Source of the DNA: Selaginella moellendorffii
Lineage: Eukaryota; Plantae; Lycopodiophyta
Length of the DNA: 64,000 nt
Reading direction: 5' to 3'
Assembly (NCBI RefSeq): GCF_000143415.4
Contig: NW_003314266.1
Location: 2,006,463 to 2,070,462 of the forward strand
Shown here: one piece after another, positions 25,166-37,945 of the stretch
Position numbering within the stretch: the first letter of the stretch is position 1
Layout of the letters: each line of letters begins with the position of its first letter
Position numbers and translations under genes: made by a program
Notes under the pieces: generated by a model
Seen by the model: only the letters and a program-made list of their open reading frames with translations
Database searches by the model: none
What the model was told of the DNA's origin: nothing

Positions 25166-26318
25166 TATCGTGAATGTGCCTTCGGGTATCGAAAGTTACT
25201 TGTCGGCTAGTCCTTTCGGATATTCTTTCCTTACTGCCACGATGGCAGGAGGTCGGTATTGTTGGACCCGTTATTAGTTTCTCACTTGAGCTAGTTGAGA
25301 AATTGGTCAATAACCATGTACTTAAATCGGATAAACATAAGGTAGGAACCCTATGTGTCTCTTGCTGAGCATACTCGGCCTAGTTTGAGAAACTCCTATC
25401 ATTGGCTTGCACTTGCTAGTATCAAAAACCCCTGCGAATTGAGATTAGTCCCTCAATATTGCTGAATGATAGTTTACCATGTCTGCCAAACACCCTCGCT
25501 ATCATGCCCTTTGTGTTCGTCTCATTTCAGTCCCAAATGCTATTTATGGAAAGTGTCCAGATTTTCTCATTTGGCATATCTACGGAATGTAGAGATTGAC
25601 CTGAACACAATGGTGTTCGTCCCGTGTCCAAATTCGCAATCTAGCACCATTCCATATTTAGTCAGTTTTGAGTTTGTTCCAGAGACTAACTCCTAATACT
25701 AAGGGAGGCTTGGGGTGAAAGCCCAAAGCTTGTGTTCCTCAAGGGGGGGCGGGGGCTTGGGGGGGTTCCAAATTTATAGTAGGATAGTAGGGATAGTGGG
25801 TAGGTTGGGCATGGCCGACTAACCTGAGGCATAGTCTAGCTCCCGCTTGCGTGCTTGTCCTTGTTCTACGTCTGGCTTGGGTCAAAGCTCAAGTTCCATT
25901 CCATGCTAGCTGGTGGAGTACCCATGTCCTTGCATTAGGCCACCGGTATGCTGAAATAACACCAGACTTCGTTTGGCTCCGTTTTGTGCATTGATCTTGG
26001 CATTGGGATCCTGGTTACTTTAGGACTGTTCCAAGTCGCTCTGGGCTTTTGTCCCTTCGCTCTTTGGGCTTTATGCTCGGGAGTTGCTCCATGGTTCAGT
26101 TCCATCACTCCTTGGCTCCACACTTGGGAGTTTGGCACCGTTCCTTCGTTCAGTGACCCAAGGCCTTGAACCACGGGTTTCACACCATTATCATGTGGAC
26201 ACGTGGCATGAACATGTGGCATGTGACACGTGGCATAAAGAGGGTTTAGGTTCTGCTTCGTGGTGTTATCCTATGGTAAATCACCATAGGATAAAGGGTA
26301 AAAACCACATGCACTACA
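25166..26318 (+). repeat. 3' LTR of the non-autonomous element
   Basis: Follows the PPT; initial TG mutated to TA; ends CTACA + TSD. Confidence 0.92.
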
Positions 26319-27409
26319 GGTAGATTGCATGGTGGAGGTCTTTCTAAATTTGCTATTATCAAACATATCAACTAGATCACTATACAAAGAAGATGGGTCT
26401 ATAAACCCAAAAAATACTGTATTTTTACCTGAATGTTGAAAAATTTTATTAGAAGAGTAAATGGATGACCTAGATAAAGCACAAATATCACTCAGCAATA
26501 GAGTGTAAGAAAGAAGACAATCAGATGGCAAAAGGAGAAGGAAGATTCAATGGGATTTGATATTTTAAGGATTTATCATGTATTTTGACCATCCTTACAT
26601 TTATAGCCATTTATCACAAAGATGGATTAATTTGTATTTTATGTTAATAAATTGCTATGCATTGCATGTAGCAACACTTGGTTTACTTAATAAAGTGTTA
26701 TTCTTACTTATTAATCCAATTGATCAAATAAAGTTTATAATTATTAGCATGTTGTATAAACACAAGATTATTCTTATTTCATATTAACCATTAGATGATA
26801 GAATAAAAAAGGATATACTAGAAAGGGTTTAAGAAAGTTTATAAATTATAAACATGTTTATAAATTATAAATACAAAATTAATCTAAATAAATAACAATC
26901 GTTATATGGTAAAATATTCTAGAATATTCAAGTATATTATGGGTATATTCATTACCCCCTTACAGGTTTGCTTAAGCAAACCAAAAAAAACTGTTTGTGG
27001 TTACAAAAATAAAAACCACACATTTTAAGTCTTGGGTATGCAAACCAGAGACTCTGGTGCAAACTAACCAAGAAAATCAAACAAAGCTTCCAATTTAGAA
27101 AAAAAAAAGACTTCTTTGGAACACCACTCCCTCTATTCGTTTTTGCCCACCACAAGCTCCCATGGGGCCTGAACTTTCTCTCCGTCCACCAGTGAGCTCT
27201 AGCATGGGTCTAAGGAAGATACTAGAATATTCAGTTTTAACTTTTTGTAATTTATTTGTAATCACAGTTTAATACTAATACACTAATACAGAACTATAAT
27301 TAAATCTCACATTATATCACAAATCCTTTATCTAACATATGGCTTTAAGATCACTTCCATCACATCATAAAGCCCATCCAAGTATTTTGTTTATCAGCAG
27401 CACACGTGT

Positions 27410-28131
27410 GCTCTCGATCGGCACCTTTGCTTTGGTCCGAGGTATCTTGCAATACACTTCTCAGTCTCGCTCTAGCAAATCTTCTCAAAGATCGCAGGTT
27501 CTTGATCACCAGGATATCTCAACACTTTGAACTTCGCAAGCTCTTCCTTGATCAACCGCTCAAGTGACCTCTTGCCTTGAGATCATCTCTGTTGAAAACT
27601 TTCAACCTGCTCTAACGTTCGAGGAACTGATAAGTAGTGAATTCCAATCCTAGGAGCCATAGGAAAATCACTCACGAGCTCCTTGACGAAGAAAATCTGG
27701 CCGGAAGCCATGCAAGTAAAACTCACGTTGACCTTTCTAGCACAAGCTTAAAGTCTCTCCAAGATCCTATACATGAGCATAACTTTGGAGCCAAACTCCT
27801 CTCGCTCTAGCTGCCAATTCCAAAGCAGCTGTAGTGACTGACATTGCTCTTGTTGAGATGTCTGCTTGGCCCCACCCTTGTGATCACCCAGCTTCACCTT
27901 CTTAGCCTCGCCAAGAACAAGAGAATAAGCATTATATTCCCGGAAGACAAGCAAATGCGGTTTAAGCTCCTCTACAGAAACTCCATGGATCTGTTGGAAA
28001 AAGAAAGAGCTAAACGAAATGAAGAAAATGAAAAGAAAGAAGCTTACCTTTGCCAGCCATTGAGAACTCCCATGAGAGCTAGAACGTAGATTTAACACGT
28101 TCTCTGCTTCCTCAAGCTCACTCAAGACCAA
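27410..28131 (-). pseudogene. Possible decayed spliced gene of unknown family
   Basis: Coding-like stretches, a GTAAG...CAG intron near 27990-28047, several stops and frameshifts; no recognised motif. Confidence 0.3.
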
Positions 28132-28647
28132 TCACTCTCGAAAATGACCAGTTTCTTGGGCTACGATCGTTTCTGGGGTGTGCATGTTAACTAGCGTAAT
28201 CCTACGGGCTTTTCTTGTCTAAAGTTGAACACGTGAATGGTGGCAACTGCAACAAAAACTTTTTAACATTCATTGATTTTCCTGGCGGTAGTATCAAAAC
28301 ATCAATTAAGTTACAGGAGTTTATAGAGAATTCTACCTCACTCTGCTCGTTTTTGTCCCTGCTACAGAGGCTCTATTTTGTCTGTAGGGAAATCCATCAG
28401 CTCACACTACTTGTTTTTCTCTCTGCTATCTCGGCCAAAGAACCATGATGTGGAGGGCGTCAAGGAAGAGCTGAAGGATATTCCTGGAGTCTCAACCAAT
28501 GAGTTCTGGTCCATATCTTCCAGCATTTTTAAGGGGTGGATGATTTTGAGCTGCTCCTGGCAATTTTTTGTGTGCGATGCTCCACACACCAAGAGTGGGC
28601 AAACGAATTTTGAAATATTCATTGATTTAACATTAATCTTCTAATCT

Positions 28648-28866
28648 TTAGTAAGTTATATTACTTAGCTGGTTTTGAATCCTAGAGGCCTCCTTGGACA
28701 ATCCGGTGGCAGCATAGACATTAGACATAAGTACATGAGCTGATGCACTTGTGCTCTCTAGCTTGACCACGGATTGAAACGCAAGCTCTCCAACACCCAC
28801 ATTCTCCCACTTGACGCAATCATCCAACACTACCATCCAGATGATCACATCAGGCTTCACAGGCAT
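28648..28866 (-). pseudogene. Orphan PLS-class PPR E-domain fragment
   Basis: MPVKPDVIIWMVVLDDCVKWENVGVGELAF...SASAHVLMSNVYAATG matches the E-motif consensus (MPxxPDxxxW...GNVELG...YVLLSNIYAAAG); no PPR array upstream. Confidence 0.8.
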
Positions 28867-28919
28867 GCCAGAAAGAGAAAAAAAGAAAGAAGCCTCTATT
28901 CAAGCACTCTCTAAACTGT

Positions 28920-29640
28920 CGAGTTGTTCGTGCTTTTCAAGCTCTTCAGTAAAGTATTCCCTGTTGCCTTGGCAAACTCCCTCAAAGCTTCAATGGCATT
29001 CTCTTGTCGCACAGCAAACAGCTTGTCGATATCTCCGGAAATAACAATTGCACCATTGCCAAACCATCGCAACATCCTCCTAAAATTTCACGTGGAGACT
29101 GCAACATGTAGACATGAACCAGCCTAGCGTGGACAATTGCAACGCTCGATCCCACAAGTACAACTTGCCATCCCTGCGGTGGAGTAGCGGCCGCCAGAGC
29201 AGAAGAACCAGCAAAAGCCTCGTGTTGTAGACGATGCTAAACTTGAACAAACCGACCGCGTCGTACCAATCGTCAGGAACAAATTGCATTGCGGGAGTGA
29301 AAAGCCAAACCGTCAGTGGAATCAGCACCCACGAGTCTGTGCTCATTGTGGAACAGATACCACTGATGCCTCCAACAAGAAAACCATATCTGACAACATT
29401 CTTCCGACCAAAGAGACAGTACAGAAGCACTGAGACACCTTCTCTATAAGAGATAAAAACAAATGAGAATGTGATCATTAAGAAACCAATGCTTCCTGCC
29501 AATATATGGTAGCTACATAAAACCCATATGCACTGAAGTAGTGATTCACAAGGTTCATAAAAAATTGGTGCATTATAATCCAGTGGCGACTAAGATCCCA
29601 GGACCAAGATTGTGCTCACGGGCTCCTAGAAATTCTCCTT
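28920..29640 (-). pseudogene. Older, degenerate copy of the LFG/TMBIM-like membrane gene
   Basis: LLYCLFGRKNVVRYGFLVGGISGICSTMSTD...PDDWYD, with frameshifts. Confidence 0.75.
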
Positions 29641-30759
29641 TGCACATTTTTAAAATCTTGACCGTTGGTCGGCAGCTCATCCAACGGCGCAGTGCTTCAC
29701 CAGCTAAAGATGGTAGCAAATAATAGTGTCCTAGTCAGCAGTCATTTTTATAAAAAAAATGCATTTTATAGGCAATTGGAATCCGAAAAAACAAAAGCCG
29801 GATGCAAAAGGCAAGATTTCAAAAAATAGAAGTTTGATCACCTCTGACATTTCCAGCTTTTGCGTCATGGCCATTGTGAATGCCGGTGTAGAAATCGCCT
29901 CATGGTGATTATGATATCGCCGTCCTGTTGGTGATCTTGAGCAGATCAAGTCAGTTTTCGACAATCAACAGGACACTGCAATATCCTCAATGTAGCTGCC
30001 ATGGTCCACATTTCCTGTAACACGTTATTCGTATGACTGGACATTACAAACCAAAAAACTTAACTGGAAGTAACATCAGCTTACACTGCCCCTGATGCTG
30101 CAAGTCAAGAGCTCACAAACTGCTGTCAAAGAAAAAAACAAAACAAAACAAAACAATGTGAGGGCTTGCAAAAGCTCAAACTCCGGAACGAGCAGCAAAG
30201 CACTTCAAGCTGTCACCTAGAGGAGAAGTCACGCGTTGTTCGTTCTCTTCCCGAAACACGTCCGCTGAAGAAAAGATGAGGTCTGAGCTTGCGATAGGTT
30301 TCGGCATGAAAGAGTTCCGAAGTGGCAGCATTTCAAAAGTTAAAAGAAAGTGAAGCTCAAATTCTAACAAACTTGTATTGTCATACCTCCTACACATGCT
30401 GAGCAACACGCCCATCCTCTCCAGTAGTTGATTAAGTGTGAACAAGGTACGAGTTTCTTATTTCAAATCGTTTATTATGCAAGCGTTCAATGTAGAGTCA
30501 AAAATCAGCCACTTTCTCCTCGTCAGGCAATCCCACGATGGCTGTTACGCTGCGATCGAATGTTATGAATTCTAAAATCCAGCAAGTTTTCATACCTGCC
30601 AGCAAGCGCATTGCCAACCCAGTGCTTATGACGTATCGCATAGTGCATCGTCTTTGACATTGGTCAGAAGGCAGACACAGCCATCCCCGTCGACTTCATC
30701 CACCGAAAAAAGATTTAACACGTTGAGGAAGTACGGCATGAAGAAAGTAGCAATCTCCC

Positions 30760-32035
30760 TGTAAGAACAGAGAGTGAGACCAAATCGAGCATAGAAATAC
30801 CAGATTGTAAAGACGCGATGACTAGCTCCAAAATGCACCCGAAATTTTTTCCATCATATCTTGCAAATCAGAGAAGACCTCAGTGCAGTTACTTCCAAGA
30901 TGGATCCATGGGCCATTCTTTAATGCACCTCCGTTCGGGTTACGAAAGGGAAAAGTCCCCAGCAACAGAAGGCTGGATCCATCTGGAGTAAGCTGAACTC
31001 CAAACTCCGCTTGCAGTTGCGATAAGTCGAATGCAGCAAAAATGAAGAAAAATATAAACCTTCCAAGAGTCTGCTCCAAAATCTTCGTAGATCCAGTAAA
31101 ATTTGCAGGACCTCCGATTGCAAATTCCTGCTTAAGGATAGTCTTGCTATCCTCTTGAATAGAAAAGCTCGAGCATGTCCAAACTAAAGCTCAAGTGTTT
31201 GCCCAAATCATTGGCTACGGGATCCTTTTGTGTATCCTCCGCTTGAGCTGTAGTGCTCGTTTGTTGATGGAGCCAGCGCCTGTCAAAGGTATTGACTGGT
31301 GCTCTTGAGAGCATGGCTTCCTTGTTCAGCCGAAGTGTTCCCTCGAGCTTGTTGTGCGAATCAGCACAATAGTCGTCCAGATCACTGACTCGAATCCTTT
31401 CGCACAGTGCTTTCCCAAGTCGAGGTTCTGAACTTGTTGACGGTGGCTGTAGGTGATGAGGATTCGTTAAACATTGTGTGTGCTCGTAAACATTCTTTGT
31501 TTCCTGAGTCCTGGCAGCTTGGCTGCTCAGCAATGGACAGCACCGGCTCAACTGCTACACAGCCATAGTTCATCCACCGTGTGAACGTTTGGCATGAAGA
31601 AAGTAGCTGTCTTTTGGAGATATCCCTATGAGATGTAAGAGAGTGAGTTTATGGGATGACTGCAAACGAAACAAAGAAAACACAAACATGACAAGGGGTT
31701 ACCTCTAAGACGGATAAAGGCCAGCAACAAGCCATCTGGAGCGAGCTAAACTCCAAACTTCACTTGCAGCTGCAACAATGGGGTAAGTCGAATGTAGCAA
31801 AAACGTAAAAAAGAAAAATATAAACTTTCAGAGAGTCAGCAGCAGCGTTGCCTCCGATTGCAAACTCCTGCTAAGGGATAATCTTGCTGACACAGATATC
31901 CTCTTGAATACTTGTGTTGACTGCCACACAAAGAAAAGAACGTGCTCAAAAGGTCGAGCATGTCCGAGCTAGTAAGTCCGCTTGCTGAAACTAAAGCCCG
32001 AGTGCCTGTCCAAATCGTTGGCTACGGGATCCTTG
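30760..32035 (-). pseudogene. Fragments of an unidentified repeated gene family (DYCADSHNKLEGTL; LLGTFPFRN; LQDMMEK); related pieces at ~39.9-41.2, 44.3-44.9, 48.6-49.1, 52.4-53.2, 55.5-55.8 and 59.7-60.2 kb
   Basis: Recurrent homologous blocks with stops and deletions; no known motif recognised. Confidence 0.45.
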
Positions 32036-34126
32036 CCACCTTAACTGCTACAGTAGAAACCATTTATTGGTTGTCAAACATATTTGTTATCATGGCCATA
32101 GTGTTTACCCATCCTATAGTCTTAAGGATCTTTGCCTGCTAAAAAATAAGTCTGAGTGCTAGATCTCAGTAGTTCCAAGTCCACTTTCACTAATAAAGAA
32201 AACAAATTTTTTTTAGGTATTTCATAATGTATTTATGTTTTAGATTTAGTGAATTTAATTCATGTGTATTGATCTCCGATTGTGAACACTATCATGTTTT
32301 TTAGACATGACAGAGACTTGCAATCCTGGAAACAAAGAAAAGAATAAAAAAATTTAAAAAATATTACTTTTAACCAACTAGAATTAACTACTAAAATAAT
32401 GTGATAACCCTAGGATCATTTATTTCATATTGATATTATATATATAATATATATGTCATAAAAATTATTATTTAACTATTTTAGCATAATATAAATCAAT
32501 ATAAATAATGTGAGACATTCTCTATAACTACTAAATACTTTATGAAAATATTTAAGCATATAAGTAAAAATTAAAAAGGTTTTAATAAAATTCAAGGTGA
32601 TATTAAATTACCATATATAGCTTATGCTCTAGAAATTAAAAAAACACTGTCTCTTATACAAATTTACCTTTGGCTTCTAAATTAATATTACATATTTCTA
32701 GGGTTATTGAGCACCCAATTGGAAGCATAAGACATACCAAGAAAGAATTTTATATAACAAATAAAGAAAAAGCATATTCCACTATATTTATATCTTCTTA
32801 TCATTTCTTGAATATATTACAATGTTTTAAATCAACATAAGACCTCAAAGAAAAGAGAACAAGCTTTAATGTATAATAATACATTTGTACATGCAGAGTT
32901 TTTAGTTTGTGCCAAGTGAATTATTTTGTGGTCAGATTCGTGCGCATTTGCAAAATTTAGAACTTCGTGCCCTCCATAATCAGGCTTGCATGTTTCAATC
33001 TTATATAAGATCAAAAGGGCATATATAGATAAATCAAGATCTTGTTACTTTTGCACCTCTATGTGTGCATGCAATCAGGAAATGATACAAGAAATTGGGC
33101 AAATAGCCTCCAAACAAACCAATGATCCACACACAAAAATCTGCAATTGACAGATCAAATTGCACATGCTGTTCATCTTCCAGGGAGCAGAAAAATGCAG
33201 GCCTTTAGGGTTATTTTATACTCCGTGTCTCAAAGCAACCAACCACATCTTGATGACCATCACAAGGATCCAAATAAAAGACATTTTCAATTCCAGTATT
33301 CTATTTTCAATTTCAAATAAAATTGAGAAAACCATCACTGCACTACTGCCACCATCTGCAACCACAAAAACAGCCACAAGTTTTCAGAATTCAAAGCTCC
33401 AGATCAGTCCAAATTACAGAATTCAAAGCCCACATCAGCCGATCCACGCACGTTCAAAGCTGGGAAACCTCAGTCAAATTGTTGACAACTTGACAACACC
33501 CATCAAGTTGGTGCTGCTGCTGCTGCTTGCTTTGCTTGCTCTTGATCGATTGACGTGGATGGATGAGCAGCGTTTGAAATTGTCTGCTCCAATAGACTAT
33601 ACCATTTATTTAGGGCTCCGTGAGCCTTGTTGGTGGTGCACAAACAATGCAATGCTGCAATCAAAGGTTGGTGCCTTCTTTAATCCTAGAATACTTTTGA
33701 TAGCACTCTTTTCCATCAAGAGCAGCATGGACTTCCCCACGCCCGCCTTTCCTTTGGTCCTCGGGAGCAATTATAAACTTCATTCTTTCCCTGTTGTTGG
33801 ACTTGTCGATACCAAGCCGAGCAATATCTCTCGAGTGGACCGAAAGATCGATCGAGACGAGATCGGGGATCTACCAACAATTATCACGTTGTTTCAGAGA
33901 AGAAAGTTTTTGATTAACTTCATACTAATATATACACAGCAGGCCTCTTGGTGTTCGTTGGTTTGCTCGTGTGTTTGCTCGCTCGCTCGATCGGTCTCCA
34001 CAGCAGCGTGGAAGTGGGATCGGGATCGGGATAGTTTTTGTACACCGCGGATCCGGATCTTCCCGGAGATCACCAGACAAGAGTCCCCCAGATGCAAATC
34101 TGAGAACCCATACGTGATCGATCAGA

Positions 34127-35746
34127 TCAATACGTGATCGTGCTGGCCAGGTCGCTGTGAATCGTGTTGTGATTCTCCCCATACTTGTGGAGCGCCTTGA
34201 GAAGCTTGGCCGCCTTCCTCCGCGCGCGATCGCTACAATCGCTTTGCATTACCAGCAGCATCTGCGCGGGCGCGCCACCTTTCACCGCCATCTCCTGGAC
34301 GCTGCTGTGCTCGCCAAGCCCATTGAAGGTGGCGCTAGAAGTGATCCTGGCAGCTCCAGCGGCGAAGCTGGCGGCGGCGGCGGTGGTACCATCTTCGCTG
34401 CCCAGATTGTCGCACAGCACCGCGCAGAGCACACCGGCGGCGTACTCGGTTGCGCGCTCCGAGACCCCGAGGACGAGCCCGACGAGCTCGGATATGAAGT
34501 TGGGCTGGCTGCAAATCGCCGCGCGCCCCTCGCTGCTCGTGCACAGCAGCTCCAGCGTCGCGAGCGCCCTCTCGACGTTGACGACGATCCCACTCTTGCT
34601 GCAAAACTCGCCACCATCGACGCCATGGAGATCCACCAGCGTGTCGAGCAGCGCCTCCACGGCGCCGGCCTTGACGGCTGGGATGCGATTCGGCTTGCTC
34701 AGGCAAATTCCCAGCATTGATTTTAGGGCTAGGCGGACGAGCTTGGCCTCGGCGGAGGGATCCTTGAGCAGCGCTACGCAGGCGCCCAGGATGCCGGAGG
34801 TGGCGGCCGGATCCACCGCGGATTCGTTGGCGGAGAGCTTGCAGAGGAGGATCCACGCGTCGGTGGAGCGGCGGCGGAGGTCGCACTCGATGGCGGGGAG
34901 GAGGCGCGAGCGCGCGATGAGATCCTGGGTGTGCTCGTCGTCGGCCAGCGCCGCCAGCAGCGCCAGCGCCTCGCGGAGGATGTCGCGCTTCTCGATCTCC
35001 GGGGAGGAGGAGAGGAGGAGGGCGATGAGGCTGTCCGGGACGCCGGCGGCGATGATGGCGCGCTTGTTTCGATCTGATTCCTCCGCCAGCACGCGCAGGG
35101 ATCGGAGCGAGGCCTTTGCGAATCTGCCGCAGGCGGTGTCCTTGGTGAGCGAGTCGAGCGACTGATCGGCCGCTGGTGGCGCTGGATTCGCCGCTGGAGC
35201 TGGTGGCGCTGTTCTTGAGGATTGGAAGGGGCTGAGATCCCTGTCCACGAGACCCACATACCTCTCCTTGAAGAAGCCGGCCTCTTGGGGGGAGGAATCG
35301 TCCTTGTTGCCAGCGGCGGCGCTCTTGGGCTCCGCCGCTGCCACCGCCGCCGCTGCCGCCGCCTTGATCATCTCACTCTCCCTCTCGCGCAGCTGGACCA
35401 TTTGCTGCTTGAGCCCAAAGTCCCACTGGCTGAGGATCTTCTCCTGGGCGACCGTGTCCGGGGATGGCGGAAGAGCCAGCACCTCCGCCAGCGGCGCCGC
35501 CTTGGGCTTCTCGGGAACGGCGGCATTGCTCTTGGGGGGCGGCGCCGCGGCCGGGGCTGGCGGAGGAGGAGGTGGAGGGAGATTCGCGGCCGCCGCCGCT
35601 GTAGGGAGGGGGCTGGAGATGACCAGCGCTGGCGGCGGTGTTCTTGGGCTGAGGACGCTGTCGGAGCACGTCCCAAACATCCCGCAAGTGAAGATTTGGC
35701 CTTTGGCGTGCTTGAGCCTCGCGCAGTGGTGCTTGCGCATCTTCAT
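34127..35746 (-). CDS. Armadillo-repeat protein (PUB-like ARM region, no U-box seen), single exon, ~539 aa from ATG 35746
   Basis: GC-rich ORF with N-terminal IFTCGMFGTCSDSVLSP, Pro/Ala linker, and ARM repeats (LRVLAEESDRNKRAIIAAG, NRIPAVKAGAVEALL, VERALATLELLCTSSEGR, LLVMQSDCSDRARRKAAKLLK). Confidence 0.9.
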   Translation of the reverse strand: MKMRKHHCARLKHAKGQIFTCGMFGTCSDSVLSPRTPPPALVISSPLPTAAAAANLPPPPPPPAPAAAPPPKSNAAVPEKPKAAPLAEVLALPPSPDTVAQEKILSQWDFGLKQQMVQLRERESEMIKAAAAAAVAAAEPKSAAAGNKDDSSPQEAGFFKERYVGLVDRDLSPFQSSRTAPPAPAANPAPPAADQSLDSLTKDTACGRFAKASLRSLRVLAEESDRNKRAIIAAGVPDSLIALLLSSSPEIEKRDILREALALLAALADDEHTQDLIARSRLLPAIECDLRRRSTDAWILLCKLSANESAVDPAATSGILGACVALLKDPSAEAKLVRLALKSMLGICLSKPNRIPAVKAGAVEALLDTLVDLHGVDGGEFCSKSGIVVNVERALATLELLCTSSEGRAAICSQPNFISELVGLVLGVSERATEYAAGVLCAVLCDNLGSEDGTTAAAASFAAGAARITSSATFNGLGEHSSVQEMAVKGGAPAQMLLVMQSDCSDRARRKAAKLLKALHKYGENHNTIHSDLASTITY

Positions 35747-36540
35747 CCTGGGCGATCGAGAGCGCGAGATCACAATGTAGCTCTGGAGAACACACCCACA
35801 CGATTGCAAGAAGCTAAGAACACCCCGAAGAACAACTCTCACTATTACACTGTACCAGAGCTAGATGGGAAAGATAGACCACTTCTTCTTCCACGCTCAC
35901 ACACTCTCACACTCTTCTCTAAAAGTTTCCCCTTTTCTTCCTCGCTCACCCACCACACTTCCTTCTTTGCTTGACTCTAGGCTCGATTTGAGGGGCGGGC
36001 TCACGTCCGGACCACCACCGTGACCGGGACAGCGGGTAAGTATCCCCTGGCCACTGCCGCGTGCCGGTGGGGCACAGGCTCTTTTCCGGTCGTCGCGGAA
36101 CGCACGGGCAGTTGGACCGGTTAATTTTGGATGGACCGTCCAAAAAAATAAACGCGACCGGGAATATTTTGCCGGTGAGGGTTGTCCCATGTGTCCCCCA
36201 CACACTTCAGTCGCCGGGAAAGCTGCCGGGAAGTCCAACAATGGCAGGCCGCCACGTGCTACGCGGCCGGACGCCTGGAAAAGACCGTCTGGCATTTAAT
36301 AGCTGGAACCTTCCAGTTGTAGTGGCCGATCGTGGCCGTCCGATCGATGTGTCCTCGTACGTAATAAAAGAAAAAAGGAAAGAAAATGTTTTCCACATCA
36401 GCAGCACCACGTCACTTAACATGGCTAGTTATCTGCCACATGGACTTCGCCAGTCCGACGTGTCGCGAAGTGGTGGGAAAAAATTAGGGTAGGAGTGCGA
36501 GAAATCCAGGGCTTAGCGGCTTCTTGGGGCATCGATCGAG

Positions 36541-37945
36541 AGTCGCGGTAGGGATGGATTGGATGGATGCATTCCACGGTATTATGATCGGGGTTGTTGC
36601 CTTGCACGGTGGAGTGTGGCGATGTGGTGTATCGGAGCACTCTGCCCAAATCCAGTTTGATAGAAAACAGGCTCAGGCCTTCTTAGACGAAGGTATTTCT
36701 TTTTTTCTTTACTGAAGTTCTATTGAAGCGAGGTGTTCGTTTCGTCCAGGATGACTTTGTCCTGGAGAAGAACATTGGAGAAGGAGCGTTTGGATCCATC
36801 CGTCTACAAAGGATCGTTTGCGAAATCCTCAAAAGAAGGTGCGTGGCTTTTGTTCTTTGATTTTTCTCGATCACTTTGAAACACTTGTTTGTTAACGCGC
36901 AGTCGTTTCCAGTGGTGGTGAAAAAGGCTAGTGAGTATGGAGAAGTGGAGGCTTGGATGAACCAGCGTGTGCGACGAGCATGCCCGGGAAAATGTGCTGA
37001 CGGACTCTGTGTGTGTGTGTGTGTGTGTGTGTGGCGTTTCATATATCTTTGGTTCTAGAGAGTCGATCCGAAGGAGGAGTTTTGGCTTGTGTGGCGTTAC
37101 GAAGGTGTGGCGCCTCTCGAGGATTTTCCTTACAATGTTAGTGAGTTTTCGGTTTCATGCAGAAAATCTCAAATCGCGACAGACAGGTTGAGAAGGCGTT
37201 GAGCTTGAAGACTACACAGCTTGCCGAGCGAGAATTCCAGATCGAGCTATTAAAATGTTTGAGGGAGACTGGGATTGTTCATTAAAACCTCATCTTTCCG
37301 ACGGTAAGCTTGTAGATATGTAGCCATTGTTTCTTAACAGTGGATGCTTTGTAGAGTCGAAGTCCTTCAAGAGTATTGATCTCGGTCGGTGAGGACTTGC
37401 TACTTGGCATCGACTACATTCCGCAAGACTTCCTACTGGATCCAAGGTCTGAGTTGTAATTTCTTTTCAACTTCGCGTAAAGAAAGTTTCCTGACATTTT
37501 TTCTATGTTCAAGGTACGCTGCACCAGAGCTGTACGTTATGAGCACTCAGACTCCCTCCGCTCCATCGCCTGTCATTGCAACAGCACTCTCTCCAGTTCT
37601 ATGGCAGGTTTATACCAGTCAATATTTTCTGTGACAGATCACGAACTTTGATCCTTACAGCTAAACCTGCCAGACCGCTACAGCCTCGGATTGATGTTCT
37701 TGCAAATGGTAAGTCCAGCTGATACATCTATCAATGGCAGGTGTTTTCGAAACTGAGAAGCGAGAGTGCTCTCATCCAGTTCAATGAAGCGCATGAATCA
37801 CGACTTAGTTGCGTGGAGAAACTTGGTGGACGCTCGGCGAAATCCGGGCGTTCAACGTGGCTTCGAGATTCTGGACGGAGGAGCTGGCTGGGAGCTGCTC
37901 CAAGCGATGATGCAGTTTAAAGGTCGCCAACGTATCAGTGCCTGG
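36541..37945 (+). pseudogene. STN7: STN7-like thylakoid kinase pseudogene, copy A (intron-containing, many microdeletions)
   Basis: LPCTV-ECGDVVYRSTLPKS, DDFVLEKNIGEGAFG, VVVKKASEYGEVEAWMNQRVRRAC, WLVWRYEG, YAAPELYVMSTQTPSAPS, LNLPDR, GGAGWELL...RQRISA. Confidence 0.88.
37008..37033 (+). repeat. (TG)13 microsatellite in a pseudo-intron of STN7 copy A
   Basis: Direct reading; a (CT)n tract occupies this position in the other copies. Confidence 0.9.

Larger units (their letters stand above)
13855..26318 (+). mobile_element. Large non-autonomous LTR retrotransposon (LARD-like) with ~1.15 kb LTRs and a ~5 kb non-coding interior, interrupted by chromovirus copy 2
   Basis: LTRs 13855-15009 and 25166-26318; GGTAG TSD (13850-13854, 26319-26323); PBS TGGTATCAGAG 15012-15022; PPT AGGGGGGGAGAG 25154-25165; no retroelement ORF of its own. 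Confidence 0.92.

Noticed and set aside
32049-32070. TACAGTAGAAACC, resembling a pogo/mariner TIR start
   Set aside because: No matching inverted end found.
33160-34137. 325-aa plus-strand ORF
   Set aside because: Non-ATG start, no motif, and antisense to the probable 3' UTR of the ARM gene; likely incidental.
34157-35974. Several long ORFs overlapping the ARM gene
   Set aside because: Shadow frames of a GC-rich CDS.
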